Assembly: GCA_024137785.1 (NCBI GenBank)
Contig: JAHRHZ010000084.1
Span: 1 to 64,000, forward strand
From: Ginglymostoma cirratum
Lineage: Eukaryota
Reading direction: 5' to 3'
Length of the DNA: 64,000 bases
The notes under the pieces were generated by a model that saw only the letters and a program-made list of their open reading frames with translations, was not told the origin of the DNA and made no database searches. Shown here piece by piece: positions 49,933 through 61,951 of this stretch; position 1 is the stretch's first letter, and every line of letters starts with the position of its first letter. The translations under genes and the position numbers were made by a program.

Positions 49933-51178
49933 CTGACAAAAAAGAAACGAATGCATTTGTTTTTCAGCCTGCATATAAATTGAAACATTGAAACAAATTC
50001 TGTCACAAGCCCAAACAGGACCAGAAAACCGCAACGATCGTGCACTGAAACAGATGGTAAATAGGTGAACCTGTGCAGTTCGAAAAATCTGCTTGTTGAT
50101 TTGGAAGAGGAAGTGGAATAGTTCGTCAGCGCCCAATTACAGTAGTTTAAAGGGTAAAAGTTGCAAATAATGTCGCAGTTTTCACATCATAAAGGTAGAA
50201 TCAAAGTAAATGTTGATTTAAATGTTCCATCGGCAAATACCTTCTCTTCTCGCTCTGAAGTCAATTAGTTGATTATTTCAGTGACTCAATATTTCCCCAT
50301 TTTTCTCCAAGTATTAAATACACAAAACATCATATTTGGAATATTTCATACCAATTAGTATAGTCCTTCAGTGTGATTTTCTTTCTGGGAGCAGGATACT
50401 TACGTTCCCACCTCCTGGGCGATCGCTTTTGAGACCACAATAACAACTCCCGACACAAAATACAGGAAGTGGATGTTATCAACTGAGTAAAAGTCGCACT
50501 CAACAAATAACAAACTTAATGTAAACTCAGTGGAAGTGCATGTAAAGTTTAAGTAAATACGATTTCGTGTTCATTGGGAACTGTAACATTTCTTCGGCGA
50601 GGTATCTGTCATAGCCCACGTCTAATTTAAAAAAAAGGTCAGACTGGGTTGGTATGGGTTGAAATGTGAAGACTGGAGAGGAGACTTTATTGAATTTTAG
50701 AAGGTTCATGGAGGATTTTGCATTATAGATGCAGAAAGATTATCTGCCCTTGTGGGACAGGCTAAAACCAGAGGACATAATCTCAGAATAAGAGGTCGTT
50801 CATTTAAAACAGAAACGAGGTTGAAATTGTTCTGTTAGAAGGTAGAGACTGTGTGGAATTCTGCACCGCAGAGGTGGTTGAGACTCGGTTTTCAAGTATA
50901 TTCTATACTGCGATAGACAGATTTTTCGTCAGTAACTACATCAAGGGTTATAGGGAAAGGCAGGAAAGTGAGGGTTATCCGAACAGCCATATCATTTACT
51001 GGCGGAGTCGGCCCAATGAGTCTTCCTCCCCTCTTACGTCAGATGGTGTCAAGATCATAACAGACGGTTACACATTCTTTATTTGGAGATTGGATCCGCA
51101 TTTTGACATTTATTCAGCTAAATGCTTAAAACCAATTGCACAGCTAACACGGTATTCCTCCCTCTCCCTGATACTTAC

Positions 51179-51490
51179 CGTGCACGACCAGCTTGGTGCC
51201 GGTTCCGTTTCCAACCTCGTTGTGAGTCACTCTGCGGTAAGAAAGCCCAGAGTCTTCCACTCTTACTTCTGCCAGTTGTCAGGCAGCTCTTCCCTGATTG
51301 GCGAAATAAAGCTGGATTCTGCGATCCAAACTTTCCTCCAAGAACCTATCTCTCTCATCTCTCCACCACTGCACTTTCACTAGCTTCTTGTCTGTAAAGA
51401 TCGGTTAAATGCAAAAAAGAGTAACGGAGGCGCCTCTCCTGACTGCAGACTCTGGAACTTGTGACACAGTGAATTGGGAATCATGAGACT
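51179..51490 (-). pseudogene. Gene C V-set pseudo-exon with J-like end
   Basis: The reverse strand reads SHDSQFTVSQVPESAVRRGASVTLFCI*PIFTDKKLVKVQWWRDERDRFLEESLDRRIQLYFANQGRAA*QLAEVRVEDSGLSYRRVTHNEVGNGTGTKLVVH followed by G|GTAAGT. It has two stops, YYC changed to SYR, and an acceptor that appears mutated (ACGG). Confidence 0.88.
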
Positions 51491-51701
51491 CCGTCGCAAA
51501 TAAAAAGGCAACATTCAAGATCTAAGTATCCAATTAAACAACCCATAACAAACCGAGAACATGTTAGGAAAACACGCACATATTGAAAAAAAAATAAATC
51601 TCATAGAAAAGGCTAAATAAAAAAGAACTTTAATGTATATTCATTATTAACAAATGAAAGAGCCGTTGTTCTTTGGGAAGAGGACCATGGAACAGGTTTC
51701 C

Positions 51702-51780
51702 CTGTGTAACTGATCGCTAACATGGCCGTGCAGTGCAGTAAGGCTCTGAGCAGCTTGAGCAGCGAAATGAAGTGGCCCTT
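51702..51780 (-). pseudogene. Probable degenerate gene C leader exon (...LLKLLRALLHCTAMLAISYT)
   Basis: Ends TACACAG like the gene D leader, but is followed by GG instead of GT. Lies about 210 nt upstream of the V exon. Confidence 0.4.
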
Positions 51781-52899
51781 TGTATTGCCATGTGTAGTGT
51801 ATACAAATTCACGAGGACTGACGGGATGATGTCCGGTTTCACATGTCGTTGTCAGTACGTGCGTTTTGCTGGCGTTTGAGATTTCTACCAACCCGTTGAC
51901 AAGAAATTCATTCTTGAGTCATCTAGATCCGGTCCTCATGATTATATTATGAATGCTGAAGCATCTGAATTTACTGTTTGCACCTTTGCTGCAGCGACTC
52001 AAAAGGGATTCTGTGAAGGATTATGTGAGGTATTTTGCTGAAAAAAGGGACAGGATATTCTGATTTATTGCTTAGGCAGTTTTGATGTTTCGGAATGTCA
52101 CGATCATATCATGAAGAAAACCAATTCCCACAATTCAGTCACTGTAGACAGAAAGTGGAGTTGCAAACCATCGTTTTCCAGATATCCCTTAGTTCTGGAA
52201 ATGGTCAAGTTGGTTGGATTTCAGTAAATGAAGCAATTGGTACAGGTATCGCAGAGGACAAGAGGGAAACAATGAACTGGGAACAGCTGGTCTGACATCA
52301 CTTATCTGGACTGTGATGGAATAATGTATGAAGATGCACTTAGCAATCCAATTGGAAACTCATTCTATCATCACAGTCAATATTGTTTTACGAAGGGAAA
52401 TGACCTTTTACCGAAAGATAGATGTTTGTAATGCAATTGTAGCATTGATTCGGCGTACCGGAAGAGCAGTACACTTGAATTTAATACGCTGGTATGAATG
52501 GGGCATATTTTTAAATGCCCAGGAAGCAGAGAATCGAGATAAGCAGAGTATTTACAAATGGCAAATTGAATCCAGTGACTCAGTGCAAAGATCAGTGCAG
52601 CATGCTCAGATAATTGCAGGTTTGCAAATGAAAATACAGAAGACAAAGTGAACGACTCACAGACCTTGCAGGGACGAAGTCCCATCTTGAAACTCAGAAT
52701 GCCGTCCATCACTGTGTGGCATTATCACTGTGCTAAATGGGATAGGCTTTGATTAGATCTAGAAATTTAAGACTGGCCATCCATGAGGTGCTGTAAGTCA
52801 CCACCAGCAGCAAAATGAAACTCCAACACAATCTGCAACCTTACAACCCCCAAAAACCCACTCTGCCATTACTCAGTACTCGTATGTGTCCCATGAATT

Positions 52900-54210
52900 C
52901 GAACCCATTTCTCCTCTACAAATCTTTGAGGCATATTTTTATCTCTGCAACCTCGTTGACCCCCTGCTATTTTGCTCGTGGCTCAGGTGGTAATCTGGAG
53001 AATATTACATTTTGTGGTCTGCTTTTCAGTTTAACCCCTAGTTCCTCACACTCCCTCAGCAGAACCTCTTTCCTCTTTCGACCTACATCATTGATACCTA
53101 TGTGGACCCCAACAACTGGGTATTTTCCTTCCCATCTTGGAAGTGCTGCCCATGTCAGAAAGTCACAAAATGGCCAACAGGGTAAAACAAAATGAAACAG
53201 CATGCTCCAGTATTAACACACATAAAGGTACCCTTGAACAGGGCTACACCAAGATAAACGGGAGGCTCTACAAGCAACCGTACAAGACAGTTTGATAAGA
53301 GGATGCCTAAGGACAGACAAGTGATTGATTCCAGCCTCATTAGTGAAAGGATGTTGCCCCATTAAGTGAACAGTACCAGTTAGAACAGTGAGTGTAAATC
53401 TCAGCCCATGAACAGCCACCCTAGCTCATTCAGCAGCTGCGAAAACAACAGATAAAGTTATTTGGTGGTACTTGGTTGTTTCTTTGAAGTTATTCACAAT
53501 ATTAAGAAATAGATTCTTGATCACAGAATCATTGAGTCCCGACAGTGAGGAAACAGGCCCTTTGGCCCAAAAAGACCACACGGACCCTCAGAGCGGAATA
53601 AAGAGGAAGAACATATGACTGCACTGTGTGTGATTATTGTAACACAAAATGTATAAAAATGCTGTAATTCACTGTAAAAATCGCAGTGTTTCATTGATTT
53701 CTCTTCTGATCTGAGCTGTTGATTAAGAGAACAACTGTGTTCTTAAGTCTAGGCAAGATTCGGGGAAGGTCTTTGGCCCACTCCCTGCAATAATTAGTTA
53801 CTGCTTGACTCACAGTCTGCCATTACCTGAATTCTGCCTGCCTCTTGGGTTATTGTCCCTGGTCATGGGGTAACACTCCAACACACCCCGAGTTCCTTTG
53901 CCACCCACATGTGATATCCTGAACATCGGCTCGAGGCAACACAGCCTTCAGAGCACTGGATCCTGGCTGCAGAGAACAGTGTTTATTCCTCTGACTGTAT
54001 TATTTCCAATTACAACTACATTTCTCTTTACTCCCCAATCTTGAATGGGCGTGTGTTCCATGGCGCTGCAGTTAGTTTGGTCATCATCCATGCAATGCCT
54101 GCTCTCATCTACCCGGGAAGCAAGAATCTCAAACCTGTTAGATAAGCTCAAGGGCTGACATTCCTTCAGAGTGATCTCCTGGATCCCTCTGCCTCCCTTG
54201 CTCATAGTCA
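52900..54210 (-). mobile_element. Fragments of CR1 ORF1 (SGNH/GDSL esterase-like), interrupted
   Basis: LSLSNRFEIL...VVVIGNNTVRG (GDS-block remnant) and VVGVHIGINDVGRKRKEVLLRECEELGVKLKSR. Confidence 0.72.
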
Positions 54211-56477
54211 CAAAAACAGAAATTGCTGGAAAAAAAATCTGTGCGGGTCTGGCAGCATCTGAGAGAAAGCAGAGTTAATATTTTGTGTCCAGTGGCCGTA
54301 CTTCAGAACCTCACGACTCCGCCTATGTCTGTAATTTCATGAATATTTGATTGAGTTTTGTGGTGATGTTTCTGTCCCATTTTAATGAGGTGATCTTGTC
54401 ATAATCCTTAAGTCTTACAGTCGGATTTCCCCTTCATCTATTAAGCTAGAATCAAAACTATTCATGTCACCATGCAATAAATGTGCACAAATCTTGAGAC
54501 TTTGAACATAATGTATTTCAATGTACAATACTGAATGGAACATGGCAGATATCGTGTTTGGATGCATGGCATATTACTGCAGAAATCCAATCACACATGC
54601 AGCAGTGTGATGGAAAACTTGGAAGGCTGGGGGAAGAATAGAAGCGCAGTTGACACAGAGACAAAACACAGTGTTCAGTAATTCAGGTACCAGAGACCCA
54701 GCTGCAGGTCTTACCTCAAAATAGGATTTGATCAATGCATTAAGTACCAGATAATAGGTGGAACAAACACATTGAAAGGACGAACAAATGTTGAGTAGAT
54801 GCATAAGTGAATACTTGTAGTGGGTTTGGAATCAAATATTAGTATAGTGATTATGTACTTGTGCAATAGCTGACAGAAAACACAGCTAACGCACTGATAT
54901 ACACACAACCATACAAAGTGAAGCATTTCCATGACAATCATTCCACCAGAGCAAGGTAAACTCAAACTAAAATACACCACATAAACATGTAATCCAAAAG
55001 TAATAATAACACACCTTGGCTTTCATACACAGACAGGTAGCACAAGATACATACATAAGATATACACACAGAAACATTGAGACAAGACACATGTAGCACA
55101 CCTTGAAAGGTATATGTTCCAATGAGAAAACTTACTGGTTTATATCACACACATATAGACACGTAAAAGTGAGTCATTCACCGCGAACCTCTTGCTTAGC
55201 AAAACTGTTAGAGCTCACTGCAGACATGACACAAGTAGGTCAAAATATACAACAGCAATATTCCTCCTGGGTCAACAATAATCAGAACACCCAATCGCCA
55301 ACAAATGATTTACACGATAACAGGCAGTGGGATTCATTCAAAAACATGATGTCACATTTATGAGTAGCAATACTCAGCAGTGTTATGTAGCACCATTACC
55401 TGCAGCACTAGTGTAATTCCAGCAGAAACTCTGAGCCATGACCAGCAACATCGAGTCTCCACGGAAAGAACTCACACACACGGTCACCAACAGCACTAAA
55501 CACTCGTTGGGATCACCATCACAAAGTTAAGCATGATGAAGTTACAGCAACAGAAGTGCTAAGTCAGCAGGAAACAAAATCGTATTGCAAGAACCAACAT
55601 TATCAATGGAAGAGAGACAAGATCAATGGCAAATTGTTTATCACGAGCACTTGTCTCACCCAGACACAAGAATACATATCAGGTCCATATCAGTCACTAC
55701 ATCTTGCTATCAGCAGTACTCTGACCCAGTAAACCACAGGAAACAGGTCGGCAGCAGATAAAGAATAATAACGAACAATAACTGCACAATCATTGCACAA
55801 TCACCAGCCGCAGTGTACGCTGTGAGCATGTGCTGGGCAGATAGAAAAATCGTTTCCCCCAAAAGCGGTTGTGTGGAGACAAATACTTGATCAGCGTTTT
55901 GTTCAATTTGGGATGTTGTTCCATTCCATAATTTATATGAATGTGGTTAGAATCAAGCATGCCTATCAGTTACAGAGTCCCATGTCAACTGAAGGAGAGT
56001 CAGTGTGGCGGACTCAACCCTAAATCAACATTGCTTTTTTTAAAAATCACAATGCTACCGAGACGTACAGTTGAGTTTCCACAGCACACACCCATCCAAA
56101 AGCCCAGAGGTGCAGTGAAAACAGTGAATTGGGGGCTGACTGTTTTGTAACACTGCCATGGATTTGTGAGCACGAACTGGTCAATTTGACAATTCGTTAA
56201 GAGCTGCAGCAAATCGAAAATGTTCGGTGGACGCAAAAATGCATATTGTGCTATCGGTCGATGAGAAAGGAAAAGTTTCAAGTTCCACAATGCGCGGTTA
56301 TCTCTGAAGTTAAACAGAAACAAGAGCCCTGATGTTGGAGATACAGTTATATTTGTTAAGATTTATAGCGATAGTCTCAATACTATATAATGTTCAGGTG
56401 CTTCTATCTGTACTGCACTTTTATGACCTTTGTTCCGTGAATTGCTAGCGAATTTGATTTTATCAACTTTGGTCAAA

Positions 56478-56532
56478 ATGTCTGTCCTTGAAAGAGCGTG
56501 GTACCTGTCAGTCTTGGGCATTATTTACACAG
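56478..56532 (+). CDS. Gene D leader exon (MSVLERAWYLSVLGIIYT)
   Basis: AAAATG start, 55 nt, G|GTACAC donor, followed by a 108-nt intron with a polypyrimidine acceptor. Confidence 0.8.
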
Positions 56533-56640
56533 GTACACAAACCAAAACATGTCTGATTAAAAAAAAGAGTAAAAACTGTCGAGAGTTCTGCTTCGAATCC
56601 ACGCTTATATATGTGTTTGTTTCTTTTTTGTTTCTGACAG

Positions 56641-56961
56641 CTACCAACGAAATCCCTTTCTCTGCAACACAATTCCCCACGTGCCTGACCGCACTGGAAG
56701 ATACAAATGTGTCCGTGTATTGTTCCATTCCGCTATTCGATAATAATCCATTGGTGGTCTTTTACTGGTGGAGAGGCGACAAGGACAATGCTTTGAACCT
56801 GACAGCAGAAGAAAGGAAACTAATGTTCCCATTCAAGCATGGATCTACTGAGTTCCAACTGCTGAATCTACATTTCCAGGACTCCAGAATCTATTATTGC
56901 AGCATTAAGGTCGCGGGCAGGAAGATTTTCAATGGAACAGGGACGAGGCTTAACGTGCACG
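56641..56961 (+). CDS. Gene D Ig V-set exon with germline-joined J-like end
   Basis: TTTCTGACAG| acceptor and G|GTAAGT donor, 321 nt. Motifs VSVYC, FYWWR, FQLLNL, DSRIYYC and FNGTGTRLNVH. Confidence 0.92.
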
Positions 56962-59499
56962 GTAAGTGCCCCTGATCTATTTATGGGTCAGTGTAAAATT
57001 CCTCAGCTATGAAAGGATATGTCACAGAATAAAATAACAGACACATGTGTTCGTTGCTGACATCTTTTTGCGCTTTCCTGGCCCCTGCTATGCATAGTAA
57101 ATCAGTTAGTGTCATTCAAAAAGCTGACTTCGGTCCATCAATGTTCTCGAAACGAGCACAACCTATTTAAATATCGGTTATTTTTTAAAGAATTTAAAAT
57201 AATATGGAGATCCTTGGGCCACAAAGAATGCTTATTCCACTGCACATATCTCACAATTTCATTAATGATGTGTTTTAGTGAAGTTATCGTCAATCGATTC
57301 ACTTGAGATTATTAAAATAATTATGTGGTGCTCTCGCCTAATAATTTGGAACACCGATCATGTCAGGAAGAAGAAAGGGAGGAAGGTCATGGATTCGAGA
57401 GTTTGAGTTTAAGAAGGTTTGTCAAGTTACAGCGCATTTTGTAGATGACGCACACTGCCAGCAGAATGTCTGTACAGTTCCAACATTTACTGTCCTATGT
57501 GTACCGTCATCGGTGGAGTTTATTCAGACGTTTGTGGAATATTGTTGTCGTAACGTGGATACACTATTTAGCGGGTATTGGATCGTAATTTTTGCTTGTA
57601 GCTGGCAATGTGTAAACTCCTGAGTCATTTGTTGCAGAATCCATGAGGTTTCTGGCCGCACATTTCTGATTAACTGCCTAACAAATTCAAACATGGGATA
57701 AACAGAAATTATTGGAAAAACTCAACCGGTCTGGCAGCATCTCTGCAGAGAAATCAGAGTTCACGTTTCGGGGCCACTGACCCGTCTTCAGAATTCAAAA
57801 TTCAGTTTTCTGTTTCTGATTTCCAGCATCCACAGTTCTTTCGCTTTTTCTTTCAAACATGAAATATATTGGTTGAACTAATGTTCATTTAGTTTAAAAG
57901 ATCCATAGCAAAGGAAGTATTCGGGTCTCAATGAAATCTTATGTGAATCCATTTCATTCGTTATTCTCATATGTAGAACTCCACTGCATTTATCCTTAGC
58001 ACAGACTTTTTCCCTGATTTTCTATGGAATCAATCAGGATGCAGTAATGGAATCAGTTTGGATACAGTGTGCCTGAGGAAGTGAATGTTCTGAAGGAGGG
58101 TTTCCGGACGCGAAACGTTAACTCTGCTTTCTGTCCACAGATGTTGCCAGCTCCGCCGAGTTTCTCCAGCAATTTCTGCTTCTGCCACAGTATGTCAGTA
58201 ACTATATCACAAAATTGGAAACGGGGGATGTATACGTTGGACTGAATGAAAGGAAAACAAAGTTACGCAAAGACAGATGTTACAAATTGCGATTTAGACA
58301 ATACTTTATGTCTAGAATTGCTGACAGCGGATTACGTCTATGCTGATAGCGTTTACACAGAATATCCCATTGGTTTCATGGCTTTTTCCACTTGGAGGAC
58401 AGAAGACAGAGGGGTGACCTGACAGAGGCATATAAAATCATGAGAGGCATAGAAAAAGTACATGACGGACTACATTTCCCCGTGATTTCATCCTCTGTGG
58501 CTCTGTGAATCTATGGCCACTTGCACATCGCAAGCTGACACATTCTGAAAGCACATTAAGAGATGGTATTTACATTAGGATGGCGCATACATGATAAGTT
58601 TGTTGGAACCGACGGAAAATTATGCTCACAGTTATCTTCATTTACGTGCAATAGATTTAGAAACAGCGAGACCCACGACTGACCTGGTGAAATGTATTCG
58701 TATAGACATGTACAGCACGGAGACAGACCTTTCGCTTCAACTCATCTGTGCCAAACAGACATCCTAGATAAATCTAGTCTCATTTTCCAGCTTTGGCCCA
58801 TATCCCTCTAAATCCTGCTTGTTCAAATACCCATCCAAAATGCCTTTTAAATGTTGTAATTGTACCAGACTCCACCACTTCCTCTGGCAGCTCATTCCAT
58901 ACACGCACCTTCCACTGTAATGCAGTCAGTATTCAACGAGATCTAAATTAAAGAGGTTTCTTTTCAAGTGCTTGTTGGGAAATTAAAATAATAAACCAGC
59001 GCGAGTTCCCATGCTTGAAGGCCGATTTGTAAACTTAATTTTTTGGAACATCTGTTGCTCTAATTCAGTCTGAGTGCCATAAGATCTCATCAGTGAGACT
59101 GAAGTGTTTCTCATAATCCGATGACATACAGCAAAACACGATTTGAAACTGTGATGAAGTAGATTAAAGACAAGTTAATGACGCAAAATCAGAAATTGCT
59201 GAAAAATCTCAACGTGCCTGGCAGCATGTGTGGAGGGAAAACAGAGTTAATGTTAGCGTCCAGTGACCCTTCCCCAGAGCTCAATGACGCGAATTCTTTC
59301 AGAGGAACCAAGCGCAGAAGGATGTGAATTACTTTCCACAGGTTCTGCAGAAGGAAGATATTCTCCACTGGGAGGAACACTAACGGAGATGCTGTTTCGG
59401 TAATGATAGAACTGGAATAGCATCATTGCTTGAGGCTTAACAAAATGCATGCATAAAGTATATTGGGAATACAGAAACAAACAAACGTCTGAAGCGAGA

Positions 59500-61089
59500 T
59501 AAAAGGTACTGCAGATGCTGGAGAATCCGAGATAACAAGCATGGAACTGGATTAACACAGCAGGTCAAGCAGCATCACAGGAGCAGGAAAACTTGACGTT
59601 TCGAGCCTAAACCCTTCATCAGAAATGGGGGAGGGGAAGAGGGTTCTGAAATAAATAGTGAGAGAGGGGGAGGCGGATAGAGGATGGATAGAGGAGAGGA
59701 CAGGTGGAGAGGAGGCAGACAAGTCGAAGAGGCGGGGATGGAGCCAGTAAAGGGACCACCAAAGAAACAAGCCCACTGACATCCACAGCTCCCTGGAATA
59801 CACCTCCTCCCACCCACCCTCCTGCAAAAATGCCATCCCCTATTCCCAATTCCTTCACCTCGTCCGCATCTGCTCCCAGGATGAGACATTCCACTCCCGG
59901 ACAGCTCAAATGTCCTCATTCTGAAAGGACCGCAACTTCCCACACCGCGGCCCGCCCCCCCCACCCCCACAGTGGTCGAGAACGCCCTCGACCGTGACTC
60001 CCACATTTCCCGGAACACATCCCTCACGCCCCGTCTCCGCAATAATAACCAAAAAAGAATCCCCCTCGTCCTCACATACCACCCCACCAACCTCCGGATC
60101 CAACGCATCATCCTCCGACACTTCCGCCATCTGCAATCAGACCCCACCACCAAAGACATTTTTCCCTCCTCACCCTTATCTGACTTCCGGAAGGACCACT
60201 CCCTCCGTGACTCCCTTGTCCGCTGCACACTCCCCTCCAGCCCCACCACACCCGGCACTTTTCCCTGTAACCGCAGGAAGTGCTACACCTGCCCCCACAC
60301 CTCTTCCCTCACCCCAATCCCAGGCCCCAAGAAGACTTTCCACATCAGGCAGATGTTCACCTGCACATCTGCCAATGTGGTATACTGCATCCGCTGTACG
60401 CGTGTGGCTTCCTCGACATCTGGGAAACCAAGCGGAGGCTTGGGGACCGCTTTGCAGAACACCTGCGCTCGGTTCGCAACAAGCAACTGCACCTCCTAGT
60501 CGCGAACCATTTCAACTTCCCCTCCCATTCCTCAGATGACATGTCCATCCTGGGCCTCCTGCAATGCCACAATGATGCCAGCCGAAGACTGCAGGAACAG
60601 CAAATCATATTCAGCCTGGGAACCCTGCAGCCCAATGGTATCAATATGGATTTCACAAGCTTCAAAATCTCCCCTCCCCCAACCGCATCCCAAAACCAGC
60701 CCAGCTGATCTCCACCTACCTAACCTGTTTTTCCTCTCACCTATCCCCTCCTCCCACCTCAAGCCACACCCCCATCTCCTATCTACTAACATCATCCCGC
60801 CCCCTTGACCTGTCCATCCTCCCTGGACTGACCTATCTCCCCCGCTACCCCCCTACCTACACTCACCTTTACTGGCTCCATCCCCGCCTCTTCGACTTGT
60901 CTGCCTCCTCTCCACCTATCCTCTCCTCTATCCATCCTCTATCCGCCTCCCCCTCTCTCCCCATTTATTTCAGAACCCTCTTCCCCTCCCCCATTTCTGA
61001 TGAAGGGTTTACGCCCAAAACGTCAAGTTTTCCTGCTCCTGAGATGCTGCTTGACCTGCTTTGTTCATCCAGCCCCATGCTTGTCATCT
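59500..61089 (+). mobile_element. Penelope-like element with inverted pLTR and a 14-bp target-site duplication
   Basis: CGTCTGAAGCGAGA at both 59486-59499 and 61090-61103. 59500-59752 is an inverted pLTR copy. The body has the RT end, linker and a frameshifted GIY-YIG. Confidence 0.93.
59595..59622 (-). ncRNA. Minimal hammerhead ribozyme core in a Penelope pLTR
   Basis: The reverse strand reads CTGATGA-AGGGTTTAGGCTC-GAAAC-GTC, with intact CUGANGA and GAAA boxes. Confidence 0.6.
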
Positions 61090-61674
61090 CGTCTGAAGCG
61101 AGAATGGGTTTTGACAGAACAGTTTTCAGTCAGCAGGCGGAATTGGGGATGGGGTGATGAGGGGTGATTGACAAATTGAGTACCTCAGAGATTATTTTTA
61201 ACTCCGAAAAGTAAAATACCCGACTTTAAGGTTGGCTATTTACTTTGGAAGTGGAATATGATGTGATGCATTAGTTGTGAAAGGAATTGACAATTAATGC
61301 ATTGGTGGCCAACGGCCCAATGGCATTATCTGGAGATATATGTCCAAATCTCGCCATGACCACCGTTGTCCATTTCTGGAAGAGATCTTTCGGGGTATAA
61401 AATTGCCCCCCTTCCCTGGTCTAGCCTGCATGAGACTCCAGGCCAACTGCAAAATGGTTGACTCTTCACTGCTCTCTGGGCAATTGGACATTTTGATTCA
61501 TTATTGTCACGTCTACCGAGGTGCAGTGAAAAGTGTTGTTTTACATGCTTGAGAAGCACATCGAACTGTACAGGTGCATCAGGGTAACAGGATACATCTT
61601 CGGCCTTTCACTTGTTTTTCTGTTGTCATGTACTAGTAGCGTTTTAATACATATTTCCATTAATTTATTCGCAG

Positions 61675-61951
61675 TGCCACCAACTTCAGTGAAGATTGCT
61701 CATCTGTCCGATCATTCCCTCACTCTCCTCTGCACAACGACTCCTTTCTTTCCCAGGGGAAGTTCACGTAGTTTGGTATAAAAATGATATCGAAATTACA
61801 TCTAAGATCAACGCAATAAAAGTTTGGAAAGAGGGGAGTTTGTTTAAAGTTTCCAGGGCTCTTAATCGAGTGGAGAGCGGATCGGTTTATGCATGCCAGA
61901 TTTTCCACACAACACTCAAGTACCCAGTTAGTGTCAGTTACACGATTCAAG
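61675..61951 (+). pseudogene. Gene D C1-set exon with a +1 frameshift (pseudogene or sequence error)
   Basis: TTCGCAG|, then VPPTSVKIAHLSDHSLTLLCTTTPFFP, a frame change near 61750-61760, then GEVHVVWYKNDIEI...LFKVSRAL...SGSVYACQIFHTTLKYPVSVSYTIQ and G|GTGAGA. 277 nt (3n+1). Confidence 0.85.

Noticed and set aside
51465-51505. CACAGTG followed by an A-rich tract near the start of the gene C V exon
   Set aside because: Poor nonamer match (CGCAAATAA). It lies within the A-strand coding sequence and the acceptor polypyrimidine tract, so there is no evidence of rearrangement.
54560-55830. CA-rich, strand-skewed tract between genes C and D
   Set aside because: No periodic repeat unit, ORF or recognisable motif could be supported by eye.
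57520-57650. Hydrophobic reading in gene D intron 2 as a possible TM exon
   Set aside because: It has in-frame stops, an incompatible phase and a weak donor.
5806-61951. Calling the locus a TCR, IgL or IgNAR cluster, or assigning NCR3 or SIRPA symbols
   Set aside because: There are no separate D/J segments or RSS, the ITIM tails do not fit antigen receptors, and orthology cannot be set without phylogeny and synteny.
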